A DNA stretch of 64,000 nucleotides, taken from assembly GCA_951406725.2 (NCBI GenBank), contig OX597822.1:103602001-103666000 (forward strand), read 5' to 3'. Source of the DNA: Octopus vulgaris (lineage: Eukaryota). Below, piece by piece: positions 39,400-53,187 of this stretch. The notes under the pieces were generated by a model. That model was not told where the DNA came from. It searched no databases and saw only the letters and a program-made list of their open reading frames with translations. Both the position numbers and the translations under genes were made by a program. Position 1 is the stretch's first letter. Every line of letters begins with the position of its first letter.

Positions 39400-39499
39400 T
39401 CTACGCTGAAGAGAAAAGAAGTTTGGGTAACGTAGAATTATTTAATATTTAATTCTCATGCTTTCCTAAAAACTTGATTTCGAAACGTGCGTCCGTAGA
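39400..39499 (+). ncRNA. Type I hammerhead ribozyme, copy 4
   Basis: Identical to copy 1 (+1788). Confidence 0.9.
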
Positions 39500-39995
39500 T
39501 AACTTAAAATTGTATGATAGATTGCCGTCAATTCATTCTCTCTTACCTGTTTGTGTCTGCCTTCCAATTGCTGTGTTTTTTACTGAGATCTCCCTTTTTA
39601 GTAGAAGAAATAGCTATAACTCTTTGACTGCTATTTCTAAATTCGGTCTGTGGTAAGGCAATTCGTTGCTAAACCCTTTATTGCTTAGTATTACTTAAAT
39701 TTTCCTCGAATGAGGCTTTTACATGCCGAAGACTACTTGGTGTAATAGATAATTATTCCAAATTAATTAATTTCACCCTTCATTATTACGGATAACCATA
39801 TTTTATCTCAGTAGATGACCATAGCATCTTGTTTTGGCTACACGCGGGTGGGAAGGGGCTGGTGACACAATCCTTTCATTCACACTTTGAGTTTGGTGAT
39901 ACTAGTTGCGGATTCTAGCTCGCTCTGATACTGAGTTGAGTTGGTGCCTTCTAGTATCTCAAAATTCAATATATAATCACTTATGATTATAGTAT

Positions 39996-40095
39996 TCTAC
40001 GCTGAAGAGAAAAGAAGTTTGGGTAACGTAGAATTATTTAATATTTAATTCTCATGCTTTCCTAAAAACTTGATTTCGAAACGTGCGTCCGTAGA
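39996..40095 (+). ncRNA. Type I hammerhead ribozyme, copy 5
   Basis: Identical to copy 1 (+2384). Confidence 0.9.
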
Positions 40096-40283
40096 TAACT
40101 TAAAATTGTATGATAGATTGCCGTCAATTCATTCTCTCTTACCTGTTTGTGTCTGCCTTCCAATTGCTGTGTTTTTTACTGAGATCTCCCTTTTTAGTAG
40201 AAGAAATAGCTATAACTCTTTGACTGCTATTTCTAAATTCGGTCTGTGGTAAGGCAATTCGTTGCTAAACCCTTTATTGCTTA

Positions 40284-40394
<111 letters not shown>

Positions 40395-40819
40395 ACAAGA
40401 TTTTTTACGTGAAGTCGTGTGTTGAAACAGATATTGTTATATTTTGGAATGGTCATTTTGCCAGTTTAGCCAATAAAAACACACGCACTATATATTTGGT
40501 GTTATTTTGCTTCAGTGTTATTTATTTTTTACATTAATCTTAATCTTATTTCGGCAAGAGTTCTTTCGTCACACTCCTGTGACCGCATCAGTGGTCCTTT
40601 GTTTTCTTCTTTCTTATTTGTGTCTCTCCTTACTAGCCGTCAGCCATTTTGTATTTCTATTGTATGTCTTCATTTGCGCATGCATATATCTCTATGTGCG
40701 TCTATGTTCATTTAGTGTGTGTGTGTGGGGGGATGCCTGTAATATTTGTATCTTCTGTTTATATACGTTCATGTAATTTGTTTTTGTTGTTGTTGTTTTT
40801 GTTTATTCTTATTTTGTTC

Positions 40820-41002
40820 ATGTACCAACACGCCGAACAGAAACACGGGGCATCAATCAACAACATAGAAATTAAAATATTGTCCACACATAGAACAGAT
40901 GCAACAATCAGACAAATTACAGAATCTACACACATAATAGAAAATAAACCTAGCCTGAATAGAAAACTAGAATGGAACAATAGCACACACCACAACATAT
41001 GA
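40820..41002 (+). pseudogene. PLE GIY-YIG endonuclease C-terminal remnant
   Basis: QHAEQKH..IEIKILSTHRTDATIRQITESTHIIENKPSLNRKLEW matches the H..H..R...E...I....P.LN tail of PLE endonucleases. Confidence 0.65.
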
Positions 41003-41191
41003 CATTAGAGGATCCCGAAAACATAATAAATACACAGATAAATAAACAAATAGAAATAAATTACTATATAAGTTTTTTTCTTTTTTGATTTATTATTATT
41101 AAATCTAGTATTGTTGTTATACATACATACATACAAGCATATGTAATGATAATAATAAGTGGATGTAAATAATGAATGAAACGTGTAAAAC

Positions 41192-41230
<39 letters not shown>

Positions 41231-41661
41231 TCATCTGTCTCTCTCTCTCTTCCTGCATCTCTGTGAAATTATACTATAGAGTATATATAAATAAGACTTT
41301 TGAAGACTGTGTCATTTTGCATAAAGCTTACTTATTCGGATGTACATGAATTAGAAAAATTCCTTTTCTTTTTCTCCATAGATAATATTCACAGCAAAGT
41401 TGCATATACCATACAAAATATAATCACATACTTTGTTTTGTATTTGTTTAGACTTTTCTTACAAATCTGAACATTCCATTTATTACCAGTGAGCTAGATA
41501 ATATGTGTAATAAACTGTTTCGAAAGTAGCAACTTTTCTGAATGTTATTTTAGTACCATTGTTCTTTCTTTACTTTAGTTAGTGAGGTAAGACATGATAC
41601 TCTTTTAGACTTATTCTTTCTTTACTATAGTTAGTGAGGTAAGACATGATACTCTTTTAGA

Positions 41662-41873
41662 CTTTTACTCTTTTACTTGTTTCAGTCATATGACTGCGGC
41701 CATGCTGGAGCAACGCCTTTAGCCGAGCAAATCGAGCCCAGGACTTATTCTTTGGAAGCCTAGTAATTATTCTATCGGTCTCTTTTACCGAACCGCTAAG
41801 TTACGGGGACGTAAACACACCAGCATCGGTTGTCAAGCGATGTTGGGGGACAAACACAGATACACAATCACAC

Positions 41874-41942
<69 letters not shown>

Positions 41943-42553
41943 TATATATATATATATGACCGCTGCCATGTTAACACTGTTGTCTTCGTTTTCCGCAAAG
42001 GCATTTTTCAAATACGCCAGCCAAGATAAGTTAAAAAGTCGTAAGACACCCGCTGTTTTGTCCTGTTATTACTATTCTTGTTTTTTATTTCTATTTTTTG
42101 TTTCTTGTATTTCTATTCGTGTGGCATCCTGTCCTTGTTTCGTGTACATTCGATCCTCTTTCCAAGAAATCTAATGCCCGTAGCTTAGTTTTTCTTTGGG
42201 GCTGGCCGTATCGGAGCGATATCAGGATTAATCAGCCGAAATTGCTAAGATGATCCGGTTCCCGACTGAAGATTAGAGGCTTCGAATGACCCGTCTGTTT
42301 TTTTGTGTCGTCTCTTTGTGTGTTTTTGTGTTCTTGTCCCATTTTGTAATTTATATTTAATTTCTATACATATATATATACACATATACATATATACGAC
42401 GGGCTTCTTTCAGTTCCGTCAACCAAATCCACTCACAAGGTTTTGGTCGGCCCGAGGCTATAGTAGAAGACACTTGGCCAAGATGCCACGCAGTGGGACT
42501 GAACCCGGGACCATGTGGTTGGTAAGCAAGATACTTACCACACAGCCACTCCT
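41662..42553 (-). mobile_element. SINE family A split by a ~410-bp insert (41955-42365) in its internal TA tract
   Basis: 3' half 41662-41860, 5' half 42395-42553. Confidence 0.8.
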
Positions 42554-43104
42554 TCGTTAATAATTTCAACGAGCAGTAATCTCGCTGAAATATTTGATAC
42601 GCTATGGACGTAACAATATGGCGCATTATTAGTTTCATCAATTCGTGCGTGTACGGACGAGAACTCTGTGTTTAAGTATCCTAAAACATCGTCAGCGAAA
42701 CAGTTTTCTCCGCCCTTTGGAAAACAAAGAATCACTATATTGATGCACAGTTGTAGAATAATTTGCAATGATTAGCACTCTCATTGACAGGATTTACGCA
42801 GAGAAATCATGCAGTAATGTTAGTACGATCATAGTTAATGCTCTCATCTAATCTAATTAATTGATATTTACATATTAATGAACTGAATCCATTAAGCCAG
42901 ATTATAAGTATAGTTTGCGAATGCCTAGATTTGAGGCTAAACAATATACCATCTTATTTTACATTTTATACGTAGAGTGAAAATATGCAATATTGGAATC
43001 AAAACTTTGACGCAGTGCATTCGTTGTTATCTAAATTCTATTGAACTCCATCTCCTTCTGTTCTGTGAAAATGCTTTTTTTTTATGATAGTTGACAACTA
43101 CCAT

Positions 43105-43861
43105 AGGCGCAGGCGTGGCTGCGTGGTAAGAAGCTTGCTTCTCAACCACATGGTTCCGCGTTCAGTTCCACTGCGTGGCACCTTGGGCTAATGTCATCTA
43201 CTAAAGACTTGTGAGTGGATTTGTTGGACGGAAACTGAAAGAACCCCGTCGTGTGTGTATGCATGTATACATATATATATATATGTATATATATGTATAT
43301 ATATGTATATATATTCTGTACGTGTATACTGAACTTTTTTAATAATTCCTCCTGGAAATTATCTTGAGATGTATAATATATTTGTGGTAATCTTTTGTGC
43401 CCATTATTTCAATGAGCTTGTTAGACATTTTTATATTCTCAACATACTCTTGTCACCAAAGAATGTATATTCATATGGATTGTAGTACTCTGTGTCAACC
43501 AATATTCTGTGCATGTTTGAATATACAGATACAATACCAATATCAATTCCTTCTGGAAACTATCTTAAGCGTATCCCTGAGAACGATTATTTATGTAGTA
43601 ATCTTTTGTGCCCAATATTTTAAGGAACTTGTTGAAATTTTTTATGTCCTTAACATGTCCCTGTTACCAAAGACTGTATATATGTAATGTAGCAATTTGC
43701 AACAACCAATAATTAACGCAACCAAACTTCTACATGTTACTTTTGACAATCTTTTTCCAAAGAGTGAAACCGGTAAAGTAAATAAATATCTTTTAAATTG
43801 CATTTTCAAACCTTCTTTCGTATATAATTCCACTCGTGCGGTACCCCACAACTCCACTTTG

Positions 43862-43952
<91 letters not shown>

Positions 43953-44118
43953 CTATTTGTGGCCCCATCATCGCTTGAAAACCGATGTTGGTGTGTTTAC
44001 GCCCTCGATGGAATAAGTACTAGGCTTACATAGAATAAGTCCTGGGATCGAACCGTTCGACTAAAGGCGGTACTCCAGCATGGCCGCAGTCAAATGACTG
44101 AAACAAATGTAAGAATAA
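43105..44118 (+). mobile_element. SINE family A halves (43105-43250, 43945-44118) separated by an insert
   Basis: Head and tail blocks match family A. Confidence 0.7.
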
Positions 44119-44156
44119 ACTAACTTGTATTGACAACTACTAAATCATTGTACACA

Positions 44157-44187
<31 letters not shown>

Positions 44188-44363
44188 CTCTCTGTTTCTC
44201 TCTCCTTCTCGCTCTCTCACTCTCTCTGAAGATGTTTTTGAACATATTTCATTTTATGTTCATGAAGAAAGGGAGATCGAATTAATTTAACGCATTTTAA
44301 TGCTTCTCTCTTTGTCAGGTAAGCGTATTTCTTGTGAGAAGTAAATGGTTTATATCAATCGGG

Positions 44364-44748
44364 TGTGGAGGCGCAATGGCCCAGTGGTTAGGGCAGCAGA
44401 CTCGCGGTCATAGGATCGCGGTTTCGATTCCCAGACCGGGCGTTGTGAATGTTTATTGAGCGAAAACACCTAAAAGTTCCACGAGGCTCCGGCAGGGGAT
44501 GGTGGTGATCCCTGCTGTACTCTTTCACCACAACTTTCTCTCACTCTTACTTCCTGTTTCTGTTGTACCTGTATTTCAATGGGCCGGCCTTGTCACTCTC
44601 TGTGTCACGCTGAATATCCCCGAGAACTACGTTAAGAGTACACGTGTCTGTGGAGTGCTCAGCCACTTACACGTTAATTTCACGAGCAGGCTGTTCCGTT
44701 GATGGGATCAATCGGAACCCTCGTCGTCGTAACCGACGGAGTGCTTCC
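44364..44748 (+). mobile_element. SINE family B, tail type 2
   Basis: Full head; TSD-like ATATCAATCGGGT on both sides (~44352 and ~44749). Confidence 0.9.
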
Positions 44749-45433
44749 ATATCAATCGGGTTCAATTAATACATTTTAATATCTCTCTCTCTCTATAGTT
44801 TAATGTCTCTCTACATTTTAACTTTCCTCTTCTTTTCTTTCTTTCTTTCTTTCTTTTTGCGTGCTTGTTTGCCGCTAGTGGCAAAACGCAGTAACGCTAA
44901 AACAGCTATCACCAAAACGGATTCAACGCCCAAGCGCCCAAGCAGACATGTCAAATCACTAGCGTCCATAAAACCGCGCCTAGTCAGCCCATCCACTTCT
45001 GTCCAGTATACCGAAGACTCAGCAAAAACATAGACTGAGATTATTTTACACGTACTTCCATTCATACACTTGTGTCTCAGTATATGAGGCAGAGAAATGC
45101 AAGGGTGATGGTCAGAGACAATGGAAGCTATGTAGATCCATGGCTTGGCGCCACTTTTGTATAAAAAATGGGCGGGTGGTTAAAACTGAGATAAAGAGAG
45201 GACATATGATCAGGGTAGAGTCAAATGGACTCGCTAAAGAGATATGTCGCATTTGTACCTTATTAAGGGTGCCGCCAATATAAAAGATATAAGAATAATG
45301 GGCTACGATAAACGGCCAAATGCTACATATTTCGTAGTAAAAACATTTCAGAGCTTTTCGTACTGGGTAACTGGAAAAAACTAGGCAAGAAAGCGAATGA
45401 AAGTAAGGCAACGGAGATCAGCTGAAGCAGCAA

Positions 45434-45818
45434 GTGGAGGCGCAATGGCCCAATGGTTAGGGCAGCGGACTCGCGGTCGGAGGATCGCGGTTTCGATTCC
45501 CAGACCGGACGTTGTGTGTGTTTATTGAGCGAAGACACTTAAAGCTCCACGAGGCTCCGGCAGTGGGTGGTGGCGACCCCTGTTGTACTATTTCGCTCCA
45601 ACCTTCTCTCACTCTTTCTTCCTGTTTCTTATCTCCGACTTTCTACGCAACCGCTGAGCCTGGATGCGCATTCATCCATCCGTCGATGCTCTCGGTGTCG
45701 GGGGTTGACCTGCTTTCTCTTCTGCGGGTCTTACGAATAGCAAAGGACCACGTTTCGGACTTCTCCCACTTGGGACGAAGACCGCTTCGCTCAACAAACA
45801 AACAAACAAACAAACAAA
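45434..45818 (+). mobile_element. SINE family B head with tail type 3
   Basis: Family B head followed by an unrelated body ending in (CAAA)n. Confidence 0.8.
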
Positions 45819-46129
45819 ACAGTCACAGCAACAGCAACAGCTGCTGCAGCAAGTGTGACAAGCTCAATCTTTCAGAGAACAATTCATAATTACTCTGGGT
45901 GTTGTGGAGAGGAATATCTCGTGATCAGCACCAGAAACAAGCGAGTAGAGACTTTGTTCACTAAAGGTAGCGACCAGTAGCATCAGCTCAGCTTAGAGTG
46001 AGAAATAGTTGTAAAGGAAAGTGCCAAAATTGTGAAAGGAAATATAAATGGAAAAGAGAAATAATTTAACAGAAACCTAATAAAATGGGCAAAGAGGAAC
46101 AACCATCTCAAAACAAGGCCAACAATTTC

Positions 46130-46686
46130 GACCCTAGTGCTCATGTGGTACTTATTTTATCGACCCTGAAAGGATGAAAGGCAAAGTCGGCCTCGGCGGA
46201 ATTTGAACTTAGAACTTAAAGACGGACGAAATGCTGCTAAGCATTTTGCCTGGCGTGCTAACGATTCTTTTTTCTTTACTGCCCACAAGGAGTCACACAC
46301 AGAGGGGACAAACAACGACAGACAAACGGATTAAGTCGATTACATCGACCCCAGTGCGTAACTGGTACTTATTTAATCGACCCTGAAAGGATGAAAGGCA
46401 AAGTCGACCTCGGCGGAATTCGAACTCAAAACGTAGCGGCAGACAAAATACCTATTTCTTTACTACCCTCAAGGGGCTAAACACAGAGAGGACAAAGAAG
46501 GACAGACAAACGGATTAAGTCGATTACATCGACCCAAGTGCGTAACTGGTACTTAATTTATCGACCCCGAAAGGATGAAAGGCAAAGTCGACCTCGGCGG
46601 AATTTGAACTTAGAACGTTACGGCAGACGAAATACGGTAACCCACTTCGCCCGGTGTGCTAACGATTCTGCCAGCTCGCCGCCTTA
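46130..46686 (-). mobile_element. SINE family C, trimeric
   Basis: Three copies of the GACCC.GAAAGGATGAAAGGCAAAGTCG block. Confidence 0.8.
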
Positions 46687-47106
46687 ACTTAGCGTAATAA
46701 TGAAAACGATGAAGAGGACGACGATTATTAGAGATTCTTCCTTCTTCGATCCTCAAACGAATAACTAATACACAAAACCATGTACTTGTGGGTCACAAAT
46801 ATTCCGGTGATGTACAAAGGACAGAAGCGCAGTAGTGGCTATAGTATAGGAAACACACAAAGGACAAGTTGTTGATGGAAAAAGAAAGAGAGAAACAATG
46901 CAACGAATTGAACAGTCTTATACAGAAGACATGGAATGCTATTGATTCCAAAGAGCTCAATAAACTGGATAAAGTGTAAACGGGAGCTTTTGGGTTCCCA
47001 AGACAGCAATATCTCAAGGCTGGCTGGCTGGTGGTTATGCATGTGGTGTACTCCAAACCAGCCGAGGAAGTAGTTTTCTTCACTGTGTGTAGGCGAGACC
47101 CCTCAC

Positions 47107-47706
47107 CTGATAGATAGACATTTTCCAGTTAACCATACTTATAGAAAACTCTTCAATAAACACAATTTAAAAATTAGTTTTAGTTCAACTACCAATTTTA
47201 AATATATAATCACACATAACACACAAAAGCCACAACAAGAAAACATCTGTTCATGCAAGAATAAAAAATTGTGCCCGCTAAATGGAGCTTGCATGTCCGA
47301 GACCATCATCTATGAAGTTACCGTGGACTCTATAACCACTAAAGACACCGTTTCGACGAAGAAATATGTGGGCCTTACAGAGGGTAATTTCAAGGACAGG
47401 TTCAATAACCACACCTTGAGTTTTAGGCACTGGAACAAAAGAAAAGCGACAAAATTATCTAATCATATTTGGTCTTTAAAAGATAAAGGTGTCGATCATA
47501 ACATCCATTGGAAGATTTTGGCCAAATGTAAGACCTACACCAACGGCAGCGGAAAGTGCGGTCTATGCGACATGGAAAGATGGCTTATCTGGAAAAGCAG
47601 CTTAGACCCTACTACATGTCTAAACTCAAGGACAGAACTTTTCGGATCATGCCCACATGTGACAAAATTTTTGTTACGTTTTTGGTCCCCTAAAGAAAAC
47701 AGATAG
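47107..47706 (+). pseudogene. 5'-truncated Naiad-type PLE: thumb end, Cys-rich linker and GIY-YIG endonuclease
   Basis: Open frame LIDRHFPVNHTYRKLFNKHNLKISFS..CSCKNKKLCPLNGAC (CxCx5Cx5C) ..IIYEVT..YVGLTEGNFKDRFNNH..TKLSNHIWSLK..KCGLC..E..LNSRTEL. Confidence 0.85.
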
Positions 47707-48476
47707 AACTTGCTTTCTATATTATGTCCCAAAAAGTTTTTATCTCATTATACCTTTTATTATTTCATATATTTTTATATTTTCACACATAATAATTTTT
47801 TCTGTACTCTTCTATCCTGCATTTTTCCTGTGCCTATATAGACGTGTATATAGATTCATTTGTACATGTGTGTGAATATGTATGAGTGGGCAGTTTTAGA
47901 TGTGTGCGTGTGTGCGGGCATAAGAATGCATATATATATAGACGTTTTTACTTAGTATTTTTCTATTTTTTTAGGTTTATTTTTTTTTGGGGGGGGGCAT
48001 TTGTATATTCATTTTTTGTATATGCGTGTGTGTGTATGCGTATATAAACATGTGCGGGTATGTACATATATGGCCGTGTGTGTATATGAGTGCATAAGGG
48101 CATGTCCTTATATGAACATGGTTTTTATGCTTTGTATACTTCCTTATGTCTTTTTCTGTTACCTTTAACCATGGTTTTTCTTGTGCTTGTGCATATATAG
48201 ACGTATGTATGAACTTTTACGGTACGCGTGTGTGTGTATGAGTTTGTATATATATGCGTATACATTTGGCGAAAAATGCGAGTGAAGATGTGTACGTTTT
48301 CATAGTGACGTATAAGTACGCACGCGGATCCACGAGCGCACATGTGAGCGTATGACTAGCCATGTTTACGTGTTTACTATGAACTTTTAATCTTAATTTA
48401 TATAAGTAGCAGAATTATAACACAGTAATTTCCCTTTATATAACGGGTACTTTTTCATAGCGTTTTTCAGATGGCC

Positions 48477-48539
48477 AGATAACCGAAGAGATGGTGTTGT
48501 GGATTTCCACTTCGGCATCTGAAACTCAGAGTTTTATCT
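48477..48539 (+). ncRNA. Hammerhead ribozyme in the Naiad-type 3' UTR (CCGAAGA core)
   Basis: AGATAA CCGAAGA GATG..GTGGA TT TCCAC..CATCT GAAA CTCAGAG TT TTATCT. Confidence 0.8.
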
Positions 48540-48560
48540 TGACTATTGAGTAATTGTAAC

Positions 48561-48634
<74 letters not shown>

Positions 48635-48749
48635 CATATATATATATTGGTAAAAACGGTAAGATTACAAAAGAAAGAAAGAGACCTCAATATTGTGTAA
48701 ATAGAGATATTTATCTATAAAATAATATGTTACAATTATTCAATAGTCA

Positions 48750-48812
48750 AGATAAAACTCTGAGTTTCGGATGCCGAGGTGGAAATCCACAACACCATCT
48801 CTTCGGTTATCT
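48750..48812 (-). ncRNA. Inverted second copy of the same hammerhead (fragment 48647-48832)
   Basis: Reverse complement of 48477-48539 with 2 differences, on the far side of a (TA)n tract. Confidence 0.8.
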
Positions 48813-49301
48813 GGGCATCTGAAAAACGCTATATGTATATAGTACAAAGTAAGATAGGGGTTATGGGTGTAACCCACTATGGGATATCATTAATGCAATA
48901 TACTGTTGGTAAAGTACCCAAGTTCTTAATACATACAACACTATAATATCCGTAAGTTGATGAACAAACTAAATTTGTTTCTCCATTTTCTTATTTGTAT
49001 TATATATATGTTTTAAACTGTCATATACATTCTATAGTTATACTTATACAAATTTACATATATTTTTATATATATTTATACATTTTTGATACAACAATTA
49101 TTTTACACACGTTTATATCTTTCTGAAGAATCTTCTAATATTGATTTCCTGATATTAATAATAATATATTTTATAAAAGTTATATAATCGCTCGTATTAA
49201 ATATATAAATACTTTAATAGTATTAATACTTTGATACAATAGAGCACTTAATATAGATTCAGTATATAATATTCTCATTGAAGATATTTAACTAAAGATT
49301 T

Positions 49302-49353
<52 letters not shown>

Positions 49354-49363
49354 ATATGTACAT

Positions 49364-49407
<44 letters not shown>

Positions 49408-49427
49408 ATATGTACATACACACACAC

Positions 49428-49495
<68 letters not shown>

Positions 49496-49998
49496 GTATA
49501 TATGTATATATATATGTGCATATCTATGTATATGTTTAATTAATCCTTTTATATATTATATAAAGCCTTTCGCCCGGCCTTTTCTCTTTGTATAACCATT
49601 TTGCAAGTACCGTGCTTACAGACATGCGCAGATACACTTGAATAAACAAACACCCATACCACCCAAAGAGGAAAGTGGGTGGGAGATGCTACACAGTCAA
49701 ACAGTCAGTTATATTAATGCATCTAAACACACGAACACACACACTTGCGCTCACAAACACATGCAGACACACATGCACATAGACACAGACAGACAGACAC
49801 ACACACACATACACACACACATACACACACACACACACCAGTGGTGAGCCCAAGGGGGCTGGCAGTTCTGGGGAGCATGTGCCCGATCGAGAAAAGAAGT
49901 ACGCCCTTCTAAATAATGTTATTACGCCATTTTCTCTCCTGGAACTGTATTCCCTAATGGTCTTGTGCCCTCCCTTCGAAACATTCCTGGGGCCGACC

Positions 49999-50069
<71 letters not shown>

Positions 50070-50181
50070 TGCAAGCACATATGCGGAAACAAATATAAGC
50101 ACATGCGCACACGGAAAATATACTCATACACATGCATGTACACAAGGACGAATTCTGTGCACGTTGACTGATAAATATATT

Positions 50182-50485
50182 TCTTTTCTCGATCTTTTCA
50201 AGCCTAGCCAGTTTCATGGGCCCGGTTTCCCGGTTTCTATGGCGTATGTGTTCCCCATCCAGCTGGACGGGACGCCAGTCCATCGCAGCGCTACTCAAGA
50301 AACAAGAAGAAAGTGCGAGAGGAAGTTGGGACAAAAGAGTACAACAGGGGTCACCACCACCGCCTGCCGGAGCCTCGTGGAGCTTTAGGTATTTTCGCTC
50401 AATAAACATACACAACGCTCGGTCTGGGAATCGAAACTTCGATCCTCCGACTGCGAGTCCGCTGCCCTAACCACTGGCCATTGCG
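50182..50485 (-). mobile_element. SINE family B head with tail type 4 (V-domain-like)
   Basis: Head followed by GCTGCGATGGACTGGCGTCCCGTCCAG, resembling the V-SINE central domain. Confidence 0.75.
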
Positions 50486-51059
50486 GGTGAGAGATATTAC
50501 CATGGATGAGATATTGGGAATACGAAAAGATACAATAAAAGAGCAACATTGATAACAATGACATTTATGGTTGTAGCAGGCGGGGGCGGAGGGGGGATGA
50601 AAATATTGTAATTAGCGATCGTAATACTATAGCTACTTAAAATGGTTTGCTGATACCATCGATACCAGTACTTGAGTTGTACTTTGTTTTATCGAACCCG
50701 AAAGAATGAAAGGTAAAATCGACCTCGGCGGAATTTCAATTCAAAACGTGAAGACGGCCGAAATGGTGTGTTTGCTTTAATGTTCTACCGATGTATACAG
50801 TGAGTGAGTTTCTTTGCCCTAGGTGTCGGGAATGCATTCAGCAAGAACTGGAAATAAAACTGAAAGAAGTAGAAGAAGAAGAAGAAGAAGAAGAAGAAGA
50901 AGAAGAAGAAGAAGAAGAAGAAGATGATGATGATGATGATGATGATGATTTCTTTTATTGGCCACGAGGGCCCAAGGCATGGAGGATGATATGAAAGGAC
51001 GAGTTCCAACACACAAAACAGGTGGGGTTTACATCGCTCAAGGGAAGACACTACAACAA

Positions 51060-51625
51060 ATATAGATATAAATAGTAATTAGAAAAATATATAAATAATT
51101 AATAGAATCCCAAATGTCCGGGTAGTCAGCTAGGAGTAATTCGAAGTAAACTTCTCACAAAAGGTCCCGGATTTTGAGAATATTTGGGCCTCAATCTAGC
51201 CGACGAACAGATTCACATAGCTGGGGCCCATTCTCGTTCCTATGGCCACTCTCGAGAAATATTGGTAAAAATCCCCCGCGAACGAGAAGCAGTCGAGGGA
51301 GAAAACAAGTGTGGAAGTTTCAGGCTGGAAGTTGGGTCGAAGATCTAGGAAGTGTTTCAGTACAAGAAGTTCTTCTCTGTGGGGGATCACCATATATAGC
51401 TTCTTAATATCAAGAGTGAAGAGACGTTTAAAGGGGCCAGGAGAGAAGGAGAAGCAGTTGAAGACACGTGGATGTGAGAGGGGAAGGATACCACTAAGGG
51501 ACAAGGACACGGTTGAGATATTTTGAGATCAATTCCGTGGGGGCAGTTACAAGCGGAGTCGATGGAGGAGGGGCCGGGTTGTAAGGCTTGTGGATTTTGG
51601 GAAGGGAGTAAATGATGGGGTTACT
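51060..51625 (-). pseudogene. Degenerate PLE reverse transcriptase fragment
   Basis: LFTLDIKKLYMVIPH..LKHFLDLR..FSFAGDFYQ..VAIGTRMGPSYVNLFVG (RT motifs A and B'), with indels. Confidence 0.8.
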
Positions 51626-51809
51626 GAAGCCATGCTGGAGCATTGCCTGTAGTCGAACAAATCGACCCCAGGACTTATTATTTGGAAGCCTAGTATTAAT
51701 TCTATCAGGTTACATTGCCGAACCGCAAAGTTACGGGAACGTAAGCACACCAAAATCTGTCGTCAAGTGAGGAAAGGGGGACAAACACAGACACACAAAT
51801 ACATGCATA

Positions 51810-51878
<69 letters not shown>

Positions 51879-51880
51879 CG

Positions 51881-51911
<31 letters not shown>

Positions 51912-53187
51912 GTATATGTATATATATATATACATATACATATACATATATATACATATACATATACATATATATTCATATACATATACATATATATACA
52001 TATATATATGTACGTTTGTATGTATATGCATATATACATATATATATATATATATCAATAAAATTCATTAAAAATGAACTTTGTTGCAATGTTACACAGC
52101 CAAACTGGCGCATAATGGGAAAATACTTTGGAAGTAAACCCCTGAAATGTGAATACAAACGGAATGAAACAAGTTTTACGTAAATCGGACCAATGGATAT
52201 TGAGATGTTCGGGGTTTTGGGGGTATAAATACCTAAAACGGTGCATGATACGAAAATACTCCGAAAATAACTTAATCTCGAAAGGGAAGAAACTCTAACC
52301 TTTCCATTAGACACATGATGATGAGCAAAATATTTTTAAGTGAAAGGGACTTTAGAAATACGGTAAATATTTCTTGATGTGAAATAATTTCTTTCAATAG
52401 GTTTCTTTCGTGTGCATTCAATGTATCTCACCTCCAAAGTTTTGGCTGATATTTCTAGTACGCCCTGCTACCACCTAACAGCTATTTGCGTAAAGGACCA
52501 GAAATACCTGTTATGTGTTAGTAGGGCGTGCAAGAAATAGCAGCTAAATCTTTCTTTTCAGGGTAAAGGAGCAATTTCCACGTGATTTCAATGTAATATT
52601 CGTTGAAAGCATGCAGAATAACCTGGAAAAGAAACAAAAAAAAAATCCCGTCAGACTTACCCGGTGACCCAACAGGTCACTGATTGTCTAGTAATACATC
52701 AAAATGAACTTCAATCTTGTTTGCTTGCTTGCTTGCAATGTTACATAGCCAAATTGGCGCATAATGGGAGAATACCATGAAAGTAAAGTGCCCCTGAAAT
52801 GTGAATACAAACGGAATAAAACAAGTTTCGCGTAAATCGGTTGTTGAGATATTAGGAGTTGAGATATTAGGAGTGCATAATGGGAAAATACTCTGAAAAC
52901 AACTTAACCTTGGAAGGAAGAAATTCTAACGTTTCGATTAGATACATTAATGATTTCTTTAAAGAAAAAATACGAGTTTTTTCTTCAGTAAATGTTTCTA
53001 TTTTTGCTTTTGTTAAACACAATATTTGAATCAATTAGAAATATTTTTAAGTGAATGTGATTTCAAAAATGCAAGTTGTTTGTACAGTAAGTATTTATAT
53101 ATTTAGATTTCTTTAAACGAACAAAATCTTAATGTTTTTTAAAAATTATTTTCAAGTGAATACCATTACAAACATTTTTTCGCATAT

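Noticed and set aside
42556-42900. Similarity to 55024-55335 as a duplicated exon
   Set aside because: Homologous by eye, but with frame-breaking indels and no splice signals; more likely an old repeat or duplication.
47245-47295. Selenocysteine recoding in the Naiad-type linker
   Set aside because: All linker cysteines use TGT/TGC; there is no in-frame TGA.
52623-52660. Minus-strand GTAAGT-CTGAC-pyrimidine tract-CAG mini-intron
   Set aside because: Only 38 nt, with the branch motif ~10 nt from the donor, and no flanking ORF; probably chance or non-functional.
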